64,000 bases of DNA, from NCBI RefSeq assembly GCF_006345805.1, contig NC_042997.1, forward strand, positions 123,628,001 to 123,692,000, read 5' to 3'. This stretch comes from Octopus sinensis. Its lineage: Eukaryota. The translations under genes were made by a program, and so were the position numbers. Positions 40,816-54,849 of the stretch are shown here, in pieces (positions within the stretch are counted from its first letter, which is position 1; each line of letters starts with the position of its first letter). Below the pieces are notes generated by a model. That model made no database searches. It was not told the origin of the DNA and was given only the letters and a program-made list of their open reading frames with translations.

Positions 40816-41454
40816 TATATATATATACCTCTGTACACATCTATGCATATATGTGCACAGATGCATGAGTCATATATACTTAACGCACAAAGACACAATT
40901 ATGCATACAGACGTGCATGCGCTTGTGGGAATCAATACCATACACCATTTGTTTCAGTGATTGCATGCGCCGCACATATATTTTATATATATATATATAT
41001 ACTTACATACATACATACATATATCAGCGTGGGAGGCGACGAATTGTATAGTGATTTAGGTCTCGAATTTATGTGTCAAGGCGTCAAGGTAACTGAGGAC
41101 AGTCCAAGTACACTGAACCAATCTAATTAATGACAGAGAGGTAAAATTTCCAGAACAGGACAACTGGCGACGAAGAGGAAATGCTAAGTGAAGCGAAATA
41201 GAGTTAGAGGCACAAAATTGGAAAATAATGTGACGGCTGAGTGATATATATTTAGAAATAAGTAAAATTCCCACTACAGCTTCAGAACTTTGCATTCATT
41301 GCACTTTAATTATTCGCATGGTTTAAATATTATTTAAATGACTAAATTTGCTTAAGATTATCAACTGTACCGTAGATAGCATGTAGGTAGGCCTGCTCTA
41401 TATTTATTTTCCCTTACTTTCTAAGAGAGAGATATTTCTCTGTGATATATTGGA

Positions 41455-41605
41455 GCACGCGGGGATGTGTGTTAAGAACCTTCTTTTCGAGCCACATTGT
41501 TTCGGGTTCAGTCACACTGCGTGGAACCTTCGTCTAGTGTCTTCTACTATAACCTTGGTTCGACCAATGCTTTGTGGGTTTGAGAGACGGAAATTGAAAT
41601 CATCG
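41455..41605 (+). mobile_element. SINE family A, degraded 5' part
   Basis: GGGTTCAGTCACACTGCGTGG...GTGTCTTCTACTATA...GACGGAAATTGAAA. Confidence 0.7.
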
Positions 41606-41759
41606 ATGACCTGCCCCTGTCTCGCTTGCTGTAGGAAGCTTGTCTACTTTGTCATGGCTAAGAGTTTTCTCATTGTTATTTCTAGTGCTGCAGCTTTTGG
41701 TTATCACCTTTCGTCACCTTAGTGACGTATATACTTGTACCTTATATATATATATAATA

Positions 41760-42260
41760 ATATAAAAATAACAGGAACCAAGAGGTGGAACGAAACGACG
41801 AATCGGAACGAACCTGACGCGGGGCGCTCTCAGACAATAATGTGATAAATAAAAATATATGCATACATACAAACATATATGTACGTACCTACATCTACAT
41901 GTATATATACATGCATATATAAATAATTATACGTGAGTACAGGACACCACAATAAGACGTAGAAACGGGAAAATCAAAAAAACAAAAAACAAGAAAACGA
42001 AAACTCAAAAACAAGAAAACGAAAAAAACAGTTACAGGACGTGCTACACAAAGAAAAAAACCCCGTCATCAGCTGTCGCTAGTAGAATCAAGCATGTTTC
42101 GAAGGCAGAGACAGAACAGTAATCCTCTAGGCCTTCCTGCGAGAGAATTAAAATAAAATTCCAAGCAGCGGGGCAAAATGAGTACGAACACGAACAGGAC
42201 GTAACAATAAAAGTGCAAAAATAGAAATACATGTACAAAAAATACAAATAAATACAAAGC
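41760..42260 (-). mobile_element. PLE-like terminal repeat relic, same family as 10290-10625
   Basis: Reverse-complement homology to about 10380-10600. Confidence 0.5.
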
Positions 42261-42277
42261 GAGAAGTGGGAGTGTGT

Positions 42278-42425
42278 ATGAGGAGACCCCCTTCTGTCAT
42301 GAATGACCACGGGATTGCACCTAGAATGTTACCCTCCGAGGCAAAAGTCTGGGCCATGTTGCTTGTGGAAGACCAGCAGTTACCCACGCATACCATTGAT
42401 GTTATCCAAGGGAAAAGCAAACTCG
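42278..42425 (-). mobile_element. Fragment of a further interspersed repeat (probable SINE 3' end, family D)
   Basis: GC-richer island GAGACCCCCTTC..TCATGAATGACCA.GGGATTGCACCTAG, recognised from memory of octopus repeats. It is single-copy in this window. Confidence 0.4.
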
Positions 42426-42963
42426 CTACTCTTCTATACGATATTACATTTATTGAAGTCCGGTTTTGTTGTAGCATTCTCTCAAATTACATTTAATGGG
42501 ATATGTATCTGTACTTGGATGGTTAACTGAGAGTAATTGTGCGTCTAATTAATATTCACAAACATGCACACATACATATCTACATATATACATATGCACA
42601 CACATACATGCATACACACACATGCATACATACATACATACATATATATACCATTCATGCATTTATAAGCACACGCAAACACACACTGATCCATGCACAT
42701 GCGCACAAACAAACAAAAAGGAAGGCAGTGTGAGTAACGGACAGAGTCAAGACTATTGAAAAGGTTGCAAGACGCAATGAAAATTTCAGAAAAATGGAAG
42801 AGAAATAAGTCGAAATTTTACCAGTGAGTGTGTTAAATTATAAGGTACCAAAAGAGAATGACTCTCCCTAGACACAACAGAATATACTTCAACACACGAA
42901 CTCACGTGAAGAATCTTACAAACCAATCCAAAAACCTAGCATATATATATATATTATATATAT

Positions 42964-43030
<67 letters not shown>

Positions 43031-44832
43031 CAACATGCGCATATTATTATCTTATAGACTATCCTCGAAAATACGTCGTACCTTTACGTGTCTTCCTTCC
43101 CAAGATATTTATATAACTTTGTCAAACAAATTTCACAAGAATTCACTTGAATGTTGAAGATATTGCTATTAATACAGTTTACAGATTCTAGTATTGCATC
43201 CTGCGGTAACGATATTGAAGTGGTATAACTCATTGCATATTTTGAAGAAGTGTTATTTCTCTATGTTATGAAAGATGGTAAATGTATGTGTTAAAGGACA
43301 AAAATATATATGATTAGAGGTAAATAGGAAAAGCAATGCCATGGATTATATACTGAGGCCAGTGATGGGTTAAGCCTAAAAGCAGGGATTCATGAGCGCG
43401 AAGATACTTTTGTTGAGAAGTTAAGTATCATTATATTCTGATAAATGGACAATCAGAAGCGGAGAGAATGTGTTTAAGTGTTAAACATAAAAGCAATTTA
43501 AATATTGAAAGTGTTATTGGATTTAGTGTCAAGAGGTAAATAAATGGAATGTATTATTCGCCAGGTAAAAACTAATTCAGTTAAAATATTCATCATTTAG
43601 CAGGTGTTTGTCGAAATTACAGCATTTTTTAAATGCTTTCGAGTCAAATTTACATTATTATGAAGAATCTTAGAAAAACCTCTTTTCAGTTACTTACGAC
43701 ACAAAATACTATCTTCATTTTCTGCAGAGTCTGGAACACTCGAGGATCTTCGAATTGATATTGAAATCAATATATTGTACCTATTTCTTTTACGAAGGTT
43801 AAACCAAACGAAGTAGAATGGAAGTAAGAAAGATGATTGATTTTTTTGTGTGTTTTTTAATATCATCTTCCGGCGTAAATATCAGGCGTTTCCACACACA
43901 CTCATGCACACACATACGCATACACACACGCACACAAACACGCACACACACACACTCAAACACGTACACACACACACACACGCACAGGCACACATACAAA
44001 TAGTTCATTTTTTTTTAGATATATTATGCCATAAATCACGGCACTTTTGTTCCATGATTGATCAACTGGTCATGTGTATCTGCCTCTATCCGCTGCTAAT
44101 CTCAGCTAATTTAGTTGATGTATACGTTATATAGTAGGTATTGTCATATCAAAACTTGAGGTGTGTATATGTATAAGTTAGTTTCTATAAAACAGTTGTT
44201 GGTAACGGTGATTGATTTGGAAATTCTTATCTATTAATGCTAGAATGTTTTTACTATATTAGAGGGAACTTATAAAGGAAAATATGTGTAAAGCAGGTGA
44301 TACTGAGGCGTCTATTCTTAGTATTCAATACCGGGGCTTTACGTGACACCGATGAACCTGCCTTTATATTAAATAGATTTAAGTTGGGTTTGTGGTATTA
44401 GGTAATATTTCATTTCTTGGGTTCATTTATTGTATGACAGCTTGGAGAGTTTCATCTGATATTATCAATCAGGTTTTTAGAGACTATGAGAAGATGTCAG
44501 AAGACTGTATTAATACATGCGCATTTTTCATTAGTTCACCTTAAGGTTTTGGATATATAAACGGTTACGTTGAAGACAATATCTAATACATTTATGATAC
44601 TTAGGATAGTGTTGATATTCAATTTTTGGTTGCTGAAACATATGTGGTAAAAGAGTTTATGCAATATATTTTCATTGATTTGGTATATGGCGAACTCTTC
44701 ATCGTTATATCTCTCCCATATTATTTTGATAGGTAATATTTCGTATCATGTTATATAATATATGTGTAAGGACTATTTTATATATATATATAATATATAT
44801 ATATAGATATAGATAGATAGATATATATATAT

Positions 44833-44975
<143 letters not shown>

Positions 44976-45039
44976 GTATTGTCCATGCAATGTAGATTTC
45001 GATAGGAGTTCATATTTTGTTATTACAATAACAAAATAC

Positions 45040-45620
45040 ACATTCCATTACAGTTTGGGGGAACTTCATCTTACTGATATGTGGAACATAACATCGATTG
45101 TATACAAGTCACTTGTTCTGAATGTTTTGTAACTGTTCCTGGTAGAAACTGTTTTCCTCTGAGAAGAATAAGTTCATTCCTGGCTCAACGGAATGCCTCA
45201 GAATGTTCAGGGGCTTCTTTACCATAATCAAGTGCTTCTCTTTGTTCTTATCTGTCACAATCTGTCCCTTGCGCCTTTGTACAAATAGTAACAAAGATAA
45301 TCTTTGAGGGTGAAATTTATGCTGGTGACTACAAAATATATCTCGCTCACCAAAACCGTAATTCCCTTGCTCGTATATTCCTTCATGTTTCTTTGCAGTA
45401 CTCGGATGAATTCAGGCGTGCGGGACGACGCAGAACGCCTGTTATGTGACGTAGTGCTGGCTACGGCTTCCGTGAATGTTGTCCGTGTCTCTCTTACATT
45501 TACAGTACTCACACAGCTTTGAGCCGCAGTCAAGATCTCGTGGTGATGATATCAGGTGCAAATTATCTTGATACACGCAACTGTTTTCCAATATTAACCT
45601 AGCATTCAGTCCCCCGTATC
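45040..45620 (-). mobile_element. Tc1/mariner maT-type (DD37D) transposase relic, N-terminal half
   Basis: RTPEFIRVLQ..., RRKGQIV..., KKPLNILRHSVEPGMNLFFSEENSF (FFSDEKNF motif), with frameshifts. Confidence 0.8.
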
Positions 45621-47354
45621 AGCTAACTTTTGCTCAGCCATAACTTCAAGTTTCTGTTATCGAACATAATGGAATGTTCAACAATCCCTCATCAAATGGC
45701 AGATGTCGTGTCAATATCTCATATATTTATATTCATAAAACATATAAAGAAACACAAGGACACGATGGAGCATAAATCACAGAAGATCGTTGAAAATTCT
45801 ATTATGGAGCGTTCATAATAGTCCCGATGTAAAAAGATAGACTCGAATAAGAGGCATAATTTAAATCTTTAGTCCCGATATGACAATTTGGTTGATAGAA
45901 GAAAGAGATCACAGATAGAATTCGTAAATGAAAAATGAAAAGAAAGGAAAACTTATGCAGTGCCTCTTTCATAAATTGTAGCATAATTCTTGCAGTTCTC
46001 TACATCAAACCAATTCAGAATGAGTTTTTGATATATTCCGGCATGTGTTTCCTTGAGCATTTCTCAAAAGAAAAGGTACTACACAGTATACTTTATGCTA
46101 TGACAAGCGTCTCTGCTGCTTCTAAGAAGTACTATACGGAAATGCATTAGAGTAGCTGAAGTAGATCTAGACACAGTTACACTTCTCCTCTGGAAAGTTT
46201 CCTTCTAAGATATTGCCAATATGTAGACAATTCTAAAATTGAAAGCAAACCAATTAAAATTAAAACCTCTTACATTTGAAACATATGTATTCCCGGAAGT
46301 ATTCTTATACTTTTCAAAGACATGTTAATTTTGGTAATACCTGAATAACTGAGATCAGATTTATTGATAGGATAACTACAAGTTACTATTATAATAAAAG
46401 TTACTACTGTGATAATAATTGGAAGTCAACCAAATTACCACTGTGCAGTAACAAGTAGATAATGAGTTGCCTCTGTTGCAAAATGACAATGGACCATTTT
46501 CCTTAAGTGAAAGGTAGACGTTATTAACATTATACTGATCTATCTTCTTTCCTTACAAAATATAGAAAAGGGTAAAAGAACAGAACTACTTAATATGAAA
46601 TGCATCCTTTTGAAATGAAGTCGTGAGACAAATTTGAAAAGCCGTAGCATGTTTTTAAACACTGGGAAGAATCCCATTATTAAAAAGCTTAATAAAGTAG
46701 TATTCTAACTAAATGAGTGATCAGAAACATTTACGAAACACTGCCAAGATTATAGTGCATTCAACTATCACGCTCAATGGATCAACACTTCAATTTGCAT
46801 TATATAACGCACAATCATACAGTCAATATTTATTATATTAATCTTATCTTCTCTCATTAATCTTAAAGTTCTGATATCATTACCATTTAAATATTTATCA
46901 ACCGAAGTTCATTTCCATACATCAGAAATTTTAATAATTAATTATTCACCAAAAGCTTTTCCACCTAATCTATTTTAACTTTCGGACTTAAATAGCTATA
47001 GAAACACAAACTGAATAACAACACAAGAATTACACTTCCTATTTAATTTTATCCGACATTCTTCATGTGCGTCTGCGTACGTAACACAATATTTTCCTAT
47101 GCCTGAATAAACTAGAGTGACAGAGGAAATTACTCTGGGGTTTGTCTCAAGCACAAAGTATCATGTTTGGAGTGATTCCAGACAATAGTTATAAAAATGC
47201 TTTAGTGCCCTACTTGCATTTGAAATTCGCTCATCCAGTCACTATCTTCTATCACTATCTTCACGCATGCACAAATGCAAACACACATATTCAAACATAC
47301 ACACAGACATAATACTGTCACACACGCATATAAACATATAAACATATAAACATA

Positions 47355-47422
47355 TAATAATGATAATAATAATAATAATAATAATGATAGTAATAATAAT
47401 AGTAATAATAATAATAATAATA

Positions 47423-47455
<33 letters not shown>
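47355..47455 (+). repeat. (AAT)n microsatellite; further tracts at 48438-48533 and 49516-49597
   Basis: Directly visible; the three tracts bound the two LINE copies. Confidence 0.98.
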
Positions 47456-47457
<2 letters not shown>

Positions 47458-48437
47458 CTAATCCTACGTAAGTAATCCTTGCTAGTGAGATTTAAGCACG
47501 AGGGCGTATTGAGAGCAGAGAGCTAAAAGGAAAACAAAGAAAGAAATACAAAAAGAACACGAAGAACAATATCGCAAGGGATGACTACACAATGAATTCC
47601 ATTTTACAACAACAGAATTTGCTGGAAAAAATGGTTGGGGTCAGCTGATGAAAAGAAACCTAAAGAAGAGAGGGAGAGCACTATACTGGCAGCGCAAGAC
47701 CAATCTTTGGCCATGAACTGGAGGGTCCATCTTAGTAACAAGCAAGTGTCTCCGCAGTACCACACCTGCAATAGAGTGGATGAAACCAGCGCACCTATCA
47801 TGAACGAATGCCCTAGACTTGCCCCAAACTACTATAATTTGTAGCGATACGACCATGTAGGGAAAGTATTACATTGTAATCTGTGTGACAAGTGGGGACT
47901 AGCGAGAGGCAGGTCGTGGTGTATGCACAAACCGCAGAGAGTGACAGTATGGGAGACTAAAAATCTCCTCTGGATTTTCCCAATCCAAACAGATCAGGTG
48001 AAAGTGCATAACAGGCTGGACCTAGTGGTGGTGGTGAAAGTGCCCCACATATGTTATATAGTTGAATATTGCATTCGTCTCTGACACATGAATTGTCAAG
48101 AAGGAAGGATAATAAATAGATACAACCCTATTAATTACGAAATAGGCTGTCTACGGAAAATGAATTAGGTGAAGATAGGACTAATAATTGTTGCGTCCTT
48201 GGGAAGAGTATCAGAAAGTACCAAGTGGAATATAAAGGAAATTGGAATAGAGTGCCCGGTAAAATTGTTACAAAAGGTTTGCCGCTTTGGTATGACTACA
48301 ATGATAAGGACAGTTTTTGATAGTTGAAGAGAACGAATAGCATGGTCCCGTAGACTGCAGGTAGTAAGCTTCCTACGCAAGTAAGGCTACATGAGCTCCA
48401 ACACAACCTGTGATAAAGAGAAAATACCAATGATTAC
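47456..48437 (+). mobile_element. R4/Dong-clade non-LTR retrotransposon, 5'-truncated and decayed (copy 1)
   Basis: ESTILAAQDQSL, a CCHC-like relic (YHTCNRVDETSAPIMNECP), LWIFPIQTDQ..HNRLDLVVV (RPD motif of the RLE endonuclease) and GIECPVKLLQK. Stop at 48325-48327, then about 110 bp 3' UTR and (AAT)n. Dong-type elements are known to target TAA repeats. Confidence 0.9.
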
Positions 48438-48441
48438 AATA

Positions 48442-48533
<92 letters not shown>

Positions 48534-48535
<2 letters not shown>

Positions 48536-49515
48536 CTAATCCTACGTAAGTAATCCTTGCTAGTGAGATTTAAGCACGAGGGCGTATTGAGAGCAGAGAG
48601 CTAAAAGGAAAACAAAGAAAGAAATACAAAAAGAACACGAAGAACAATATCGCAAGGGATGACTACACAATGAATTCCATTTTACAACAACAGAATTTGC
48701 TGGAAAAAATGGTTGGGGTCAGCTGATGAAAAGAAACCTAAAGAAGAGAGGGAGAGCACTATACTGGCAGCGCAAGACCAATCTTTGGCCATGAACTGGA
48801 GGGTCCATCTTAGTAACAAGCAAGTGTCTCCGCAGTACCACACCTGCAATAGAGTGGATGAAACCAGCGCACCTATCATGAACGAATGCCCTAGACTTGC
48901 CCCAAACTACTATAATTTGTAGCGATACGACCATGTAGGGAAAGTATTACATTGTAATCTGTGTGACAAGTGGGGACTAGCGAGAGGCAGGTCGTGGTGT
49001 ATGCACAAACCGCAGAGAGTGACAGTATGGGAGACTAAAAATCTCCTCTGGATTTTCCCAATCCAAACAGATCAGGTGAAAGTGCATAACAGGCTGGACC
49101 TAGTGGTGGTGGTGAAAGTGCCCCACATATGTTATATAGTTGAATATTGCATTCGTCTCTGACACATGAATTGTCAAGAAGGAAGGATAATAAATAGATA
49201 CAACCCTATTAATTACGAAATAGGCTGTCTACGGAAAATGAATTAGGTGAAGATAGGACTAATAATTGTTGCGTCCTTGGGAAGAGTATCAGAAAGTACC
49301 AAGTGGAATATAAAGGAAATTGGAATAGAGTGCCCGGTAAAATTGTTACAAAAGGTTTGCCGCTTTGGTATGACTACAATGATAAGGACAGTTTTTGATA
49401 GTTGAAGAGAACGAATAGCATGGTCCCGTAGACTGCAGGTAGTAAGCTTCCTACGCAAGTAAGGCTACATGAGCTCCAACACAACCTGTGATAAAGAGAA
49501 AATACCAATGATTAC
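48534..49515 (+). mobile_element. R4/Dong-clade element (copy 2, tandem duplicate, offset 1078 bp)
   Basis: All ORF-track entries recur identically shifted by 1078. Confidence 0.9.
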
Positions 49516-49519
49516 AATA

Positions 49520-49571
<52 letters not shown>

Positions 49572-49591
49572 TAATAATAATAATAATAATA

Positions 49592-49687
49592 ATAATATAC
49601 AAAATATATAAAATATAATATTCAAAATTTAAATTATTTAAATAATTTAAATTTTGAATATTATATTTTATATATTTTGTATATTAT
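49592..49687. repeat. Perfect 96-bp AT-rich palindrome with about 160-bp right-hand extension
   Basis: Centre AAATTATTT|AAATAATTT at 49639/49640. The extension resembles 31830-31900 and 34850-34935. Confidence 0.9.
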
Positions 49688-49851
49688 ATTAATTAAATTT
49701 ATTTTTATGTTTTGGTTTATGTTTTTCACTGTTTGATTTGCCTAATAGTGGTTTTATCTCTAATTTAATATATATATATTTATACTGTAAAATTAGATTT
49801 AATCATAAATCTAATTTTCCCTGTAAGTTTGGATTTACTCCCTAATATTAT

Positions 49852-49887
<36 letters not shown>

Positions 49888-50277
49888 GACTGTCTCGTAA
49901 GAAACTTACATCCCAACTACCGGGTCCGTGCTGTATTCCAAATTTCTTTTGGGTACCCCGCTCGAAAGAGATAGATAGATAGATAGATATATTAGAGAGA
50001 GAGAGAGAAAAAGAGAGAGGGGAGAAGGAGGAGGAGGAAAGGGAGAGAGCGAGAAATGTTAACAGAAAGATAGACTTTAGTCAGCCAGCCAGACAGATAG
50101 ATAGATAGATAGAAAACTATATAGATAATTATGTAGACACATATATTGATAGATAAATATATAGGTATACATATATACATACATACACACATAAATGCAT
50201 ACATAGATAGATATACATAGGTGCGTATGAATGCATATACTCATAAACATAAACACACATATACATATACAAATAAA

Positions 50278-50815
50278 TCAGGTCATTAAGTATGAAATGT
50301 CTGATTTTGAACTGAAAGTTCATTTCACTTTATCTCAAGAAAAAAACAAAGCATTTAATCAAAGTATGCACCTAAATTATCAACACAATTTTGGCATTTT
50401 ATCAGAAGCTTCTTTATGCCAGCAGCGCAAACGTCTGGAGAGCAAGAAATAGAGAGATCACGAAACGCTGTTTTTGCTTTTTCTTCAGATTTTGCCTTGC
50501 AAACTGTTGTCTGGTGCTTGGAAAACGTGATAGTGATGTAGTGCAAAGTCTGGTGAATATGGTGGGATGACAGAGTACTTCCATGTTCGTTCCTGTAACT
50601 TGAGTAGCGTTCTTCGAGGAACATGTGGTCGAGCATTGTCTTGCAAGAGAACTGGACTGTCACTATTAACCAGTCTGGGTTGTTTATTTGCAAGTTGACT
50701 CTTCATTTCATCCAAGTGATTTTTGTATACCGCCGGTGTAATTGACTTACCAGTTCTCATGAAGCTGGATTGGATGACACCAACGCTGGACCACCAAGGG
50801 CGTCATTAGCTTCTT
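50278..50815 (-). mobile_element. Mariner (DD34D) 3' half
   Basis: LLQDNARPH and PPYSPDF motifs, C-terminus CVDNLGAYFD*, with frameshifts. Confidence 0.9.
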
Positions 50816-51014
50816 TTGAATATACACTTTTGAATTGTTAGCATAAAACATTAGAGATAACGAATGTCAAATATAGTGCATAAGAAAATTGGAAATTTCA
50901 TTCTTAATGACAATATGTCAAAAAAAAATAATAAACTAAGATATATTCATAGCTTCTTAACTCGACAGCTGTTTCACGAAGCAGGAAATCAAATGTTATT
51001 CAAATATTGGGATC

Positions 51015-51067
<53 letters not shown>

Positions 51068-51104
51068 CGATGCTGCTGCTGCTGCTGCTGATGATGATGA
51101 TGAT
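51015..51104 (+). repeat. (GAT)n/(GCT)n compound microsatellite
   Basis: Directly visible. Confidence 0.97.
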
Positions 51105-51431
51105 TAACAAATACCGCAAATTATATTTTTCTTGATTTTAGAAGGTTTGCGTTAATGTGTCTGAAATTTCTCTGAACGTATACACTTTCTGCGTAATTTT
51201 TGTTACATCCTCCTTCAAAACAGGTTTTGGAAAATAATAATTGCTCTTTGCATGTATTAGTTGTGATCTTTCTGAGTGGCCTTTATTGATATAAGAAATC
51301 TAGCTATCTCAATAGGTATTAGAGGGACGGATATGAAAAAAAAGCTTAAAGAAAAGGAATTATATGACATTACACTGTGGTAAGCAGACTGTTTACTTGC
51401 GATGTATGTTTCTGCACATAAACACACACAA

Positions 51432-51514
<83 letters not shown>

Positions 51515-53991
51515 ATGTGTGTGTGTGTGTGTATGTATGCATGTATTTCTACGCATATATATGTGTGTGTGTGTGTGTTTGTACAGTTTTCTGCTTATTC
51601 TATGACAAATGGTATCTTGATTCATTGATATTTGTTCTGTCCTTCAGGCAAATCTATGATTAGCCATTATGCTTACCAGTTCAAAAAGTTCTTGTGTAGT
51701 TCCATCTGCCATGTGCACCGCATTCTATTCTTTTATTTTCAATAATTCCATTATGTACATTTTTAGAAATATATGTATGCACGTATGCATGTGTGTGTAT
51801 ATAGACATATATATATATACATGAATATATTCATAAATATATACATATATATATTCATATATATATATATATATAGATAGATAGATAGATAGATAGATAT
51901 ACATATGTATATATATATATGCATATTTACATATGTACAAGTATATTTAAATGCACATGTATACATTCTCACATACACACACATATATAGGTCTTATTTG
52001 TATGTATTTGTGTGTATATGCATATGCACGCGCATGTGTGTATGGGTGTGTGTGCGTTCGTGTGTGTGTGTCTGTGTGTGAGGGTGTATATAAATGTTAA
52101 TTTTGATCTATATGCACATTCGCAAACATATATGAGCATACATTAACAAGCATCTGTTTAGCAAAACAAACATACGAACAATATACAAAAATACTATCTA
52201 TTCCCATTTTCACGCTACATCGATTAATATGTTTTGCTATGCTTTTAATACTTTTTTCCTTTTTTTGTTTTGTCTTCATTATTTTTGTTGAAATCGAATG
52301 ATTGTCACGCCTTGCTACAGACTATGCATAGCTTTTGGTATAGACATAAACAGTATATAAAAACTTGTTCAATATATAACAGAAAAAATATCATTCCCTT
52401 TATTTTCTCACTTCATCTTCTCATATAGTCTCTTATATATATATATTTATGTGTGTGTGTCTGTGTATGTATGTATGCATCTATGTATGTATGTATTTTT
52501 CTGTATGTACACGAATTTCCTTTGTATTTAGCAACGTACGAGATAATTATTTGCTATTGGTACTCACACGTCGATACAGGATAAAAAATAAATATTCTCA
52601 ATTATTTCACTATACAATAGGAACATCATTAGTTTCGCTTAAATAACTAACCTACATATATAGAACAGTATTGTCTCCTTTACACTATAGTTGAATCTTG
52701 ATATATTCTCCGAAAACTCATATAGATTTTTTTTAACGTTACTCGTTATCGAAAGAATCGTGTAAAATATTTCAGTTATATTGTGTTACAGCGACATCTT
52801 GATATTTTTATTAAACTTACTAAATAATATTCAACTATTCTTATGCAACTGTAGGAGGCGTTCAATGTAAATTCATGATAAATATTGTTGAAAATCGTAC
52901 ATAAGCAACTGTATGTCATTTAAATTTACTAGTTTAATTATGTTTAATTAAAATTAAATCTAATTTTATTATGATGGCAGTGTATATTACATAAAGGTTT
53001 CCAAACCTATTTGAAGTTATATAATATGATCCATACTCTAATTATTCTAACGAGATGATACCGAAAACAAGCTAGAAAATTCTTTACTTCAGTGTATAGT
53101 CTAGAAGGTATTTTTTTCTTAACTTCTTTTACATGATCTAGAAAGCACTCAATGTACAGTATCTCTTGAGTACAGCACACGCTTTTATGCAAGATATGGC
53201 GGAAATAATATGGGCTATATCAACTACACTCTTAGGTCAGCAGGAAGTCGTATTGCAAATACTAACGGCTGATATCATTTGGAATAAACCAAGGTATATT
53301 AAACAAAACAATCTTAGCAAATAAACTTTATATTATTCATTTATTATAAAACATAGAATGCCTGTATATTTCTACAATATAGATATATTGAAACTAATAA
53401 ATTGGTTTTCGGTCACACTGTTTCATATCAAAGTATGAGCATTCAACTTCATTTTTGTTGACGACTGATCATTTCTTCTGTTGTAAATAAGATTAGCGAC
53501 TGGAAATCAAAAATGTGTTTTAAATTTACCATTGAGGCAGAGGCAGAATACAACCATTTTCCTTCAGTTTATACTCTTAACACGATAACGTTTTGAACGC
53601 AGTATCTAACGTAAAGTCCTTGTCCAACGACAAATATATATAGTCGCAAGAGTTTGTAAGTTGCTTATCATATAAAAGTGAGAAGAGAATGGTAGCATTG
53701 TTATCGTCCATATACATAAAAGGTATGTACATGCATAAGCATGTTTAAAAATATGTACGTATAAAAAGAAGATGTTTAGTCATATAGTCCGATACAAAGA
53801 AATGGTCACATATAACAGGTACACAATAACACACAAATATAAGTATATATGTGCATACAGACATACACATGCAGACATATATGTGTATAGAGACGTATGT
53901 ACATATGTGTTACCGTAAGAGATGTAAACATGCATACGTATACTACAGCACAAGTATAGACTCTCTCTCTCTCTCTCACTCTCTCTCCCTG

Positions 53992-54060
<69 letters not shown>

Positions 54061-54104
54061 TGTGTGTGTGTGTGTGTGTGTGGTGTGCGCGATTGTGTGT
54101 GTGT

Positions 54105-54190
54105 GTGTGTTTGTCTGTGTCTGTGTCTGTCCTCCCAACATCGGTAGACAACCGATATCTTTGTGTTACCTCTGTAACTTAGCAGTTACA
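54105..54190 (+). mobile_element. SINE family A internal fragment
   Basis: GTGTCTGTCCTCCCAACATC..GACAACCGAT...TAACTTAGC after a (TG)n tract. Confidence 0.55.
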
Positions 54191-54284
54191 TACATAATAT
54201 ATACATACCCATATGCACACACACACTCACATATATATATATAGTATGTATATATGTGTGTGTTTACGTATGTCTGTGTATATT

Positions 54285-54323
<39 letters not shown>

Positions 54324-54804
54324 TGTGTATGTATATAGATATATGCCTATATACATACACACAGACATATATTGGAACAAGGTACCATGGCTTGTCACAT
54401 ATACTCTAAAGAAACAAATTTTCGAGTTCACCATTTTTTGTTCAATGTGTTAGTTTTATATTTTCTTGTTCCCAACATATTTTCATTTTATATTGCATTC
54501 GGTTTTTTCTCCTGAATACTAATATTATTTTGTTTTATTGTCTACACGTTTCTCTTATTCCTTTCTCCACTGAACCACAAAAAAAGAAATGGACCAAATG
54601 GACACAATAAACCAGTTACATATTCGTACACTACATTGGGACTCATAAAGACACAGAAACACACAAACACGGGCAGACATCAAGGCACAACAATAGATTC
54701 CATCCTGTTATTTCTGTCTATCTTTTTCTCTAGGGAAGAGGCCATTGACAAGCTATTTATACATCAATATTGATTCCCTTTCAACGAAACATTTCCCATT
54801 TACG

Positions 54805-54849
54805 TATCCGTTAAAACGTTCAAAGAATCCACATCACCAGAGCTCTAGT
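54805..54849 (+). repeat. 45-bp exact direct repeat of 59077-59121, followed by an A-rich tract
   Basis: TATCCGTTAAAACGTTCAAAGAATCCACATCACCAGAGCTCTAGT occurs at both sites. Confidence 0.95.

Noticed and set aside
45255-45533. 92-aa ORF as a host gene
   Set aside because: It is part of the maT-type transposase relic.
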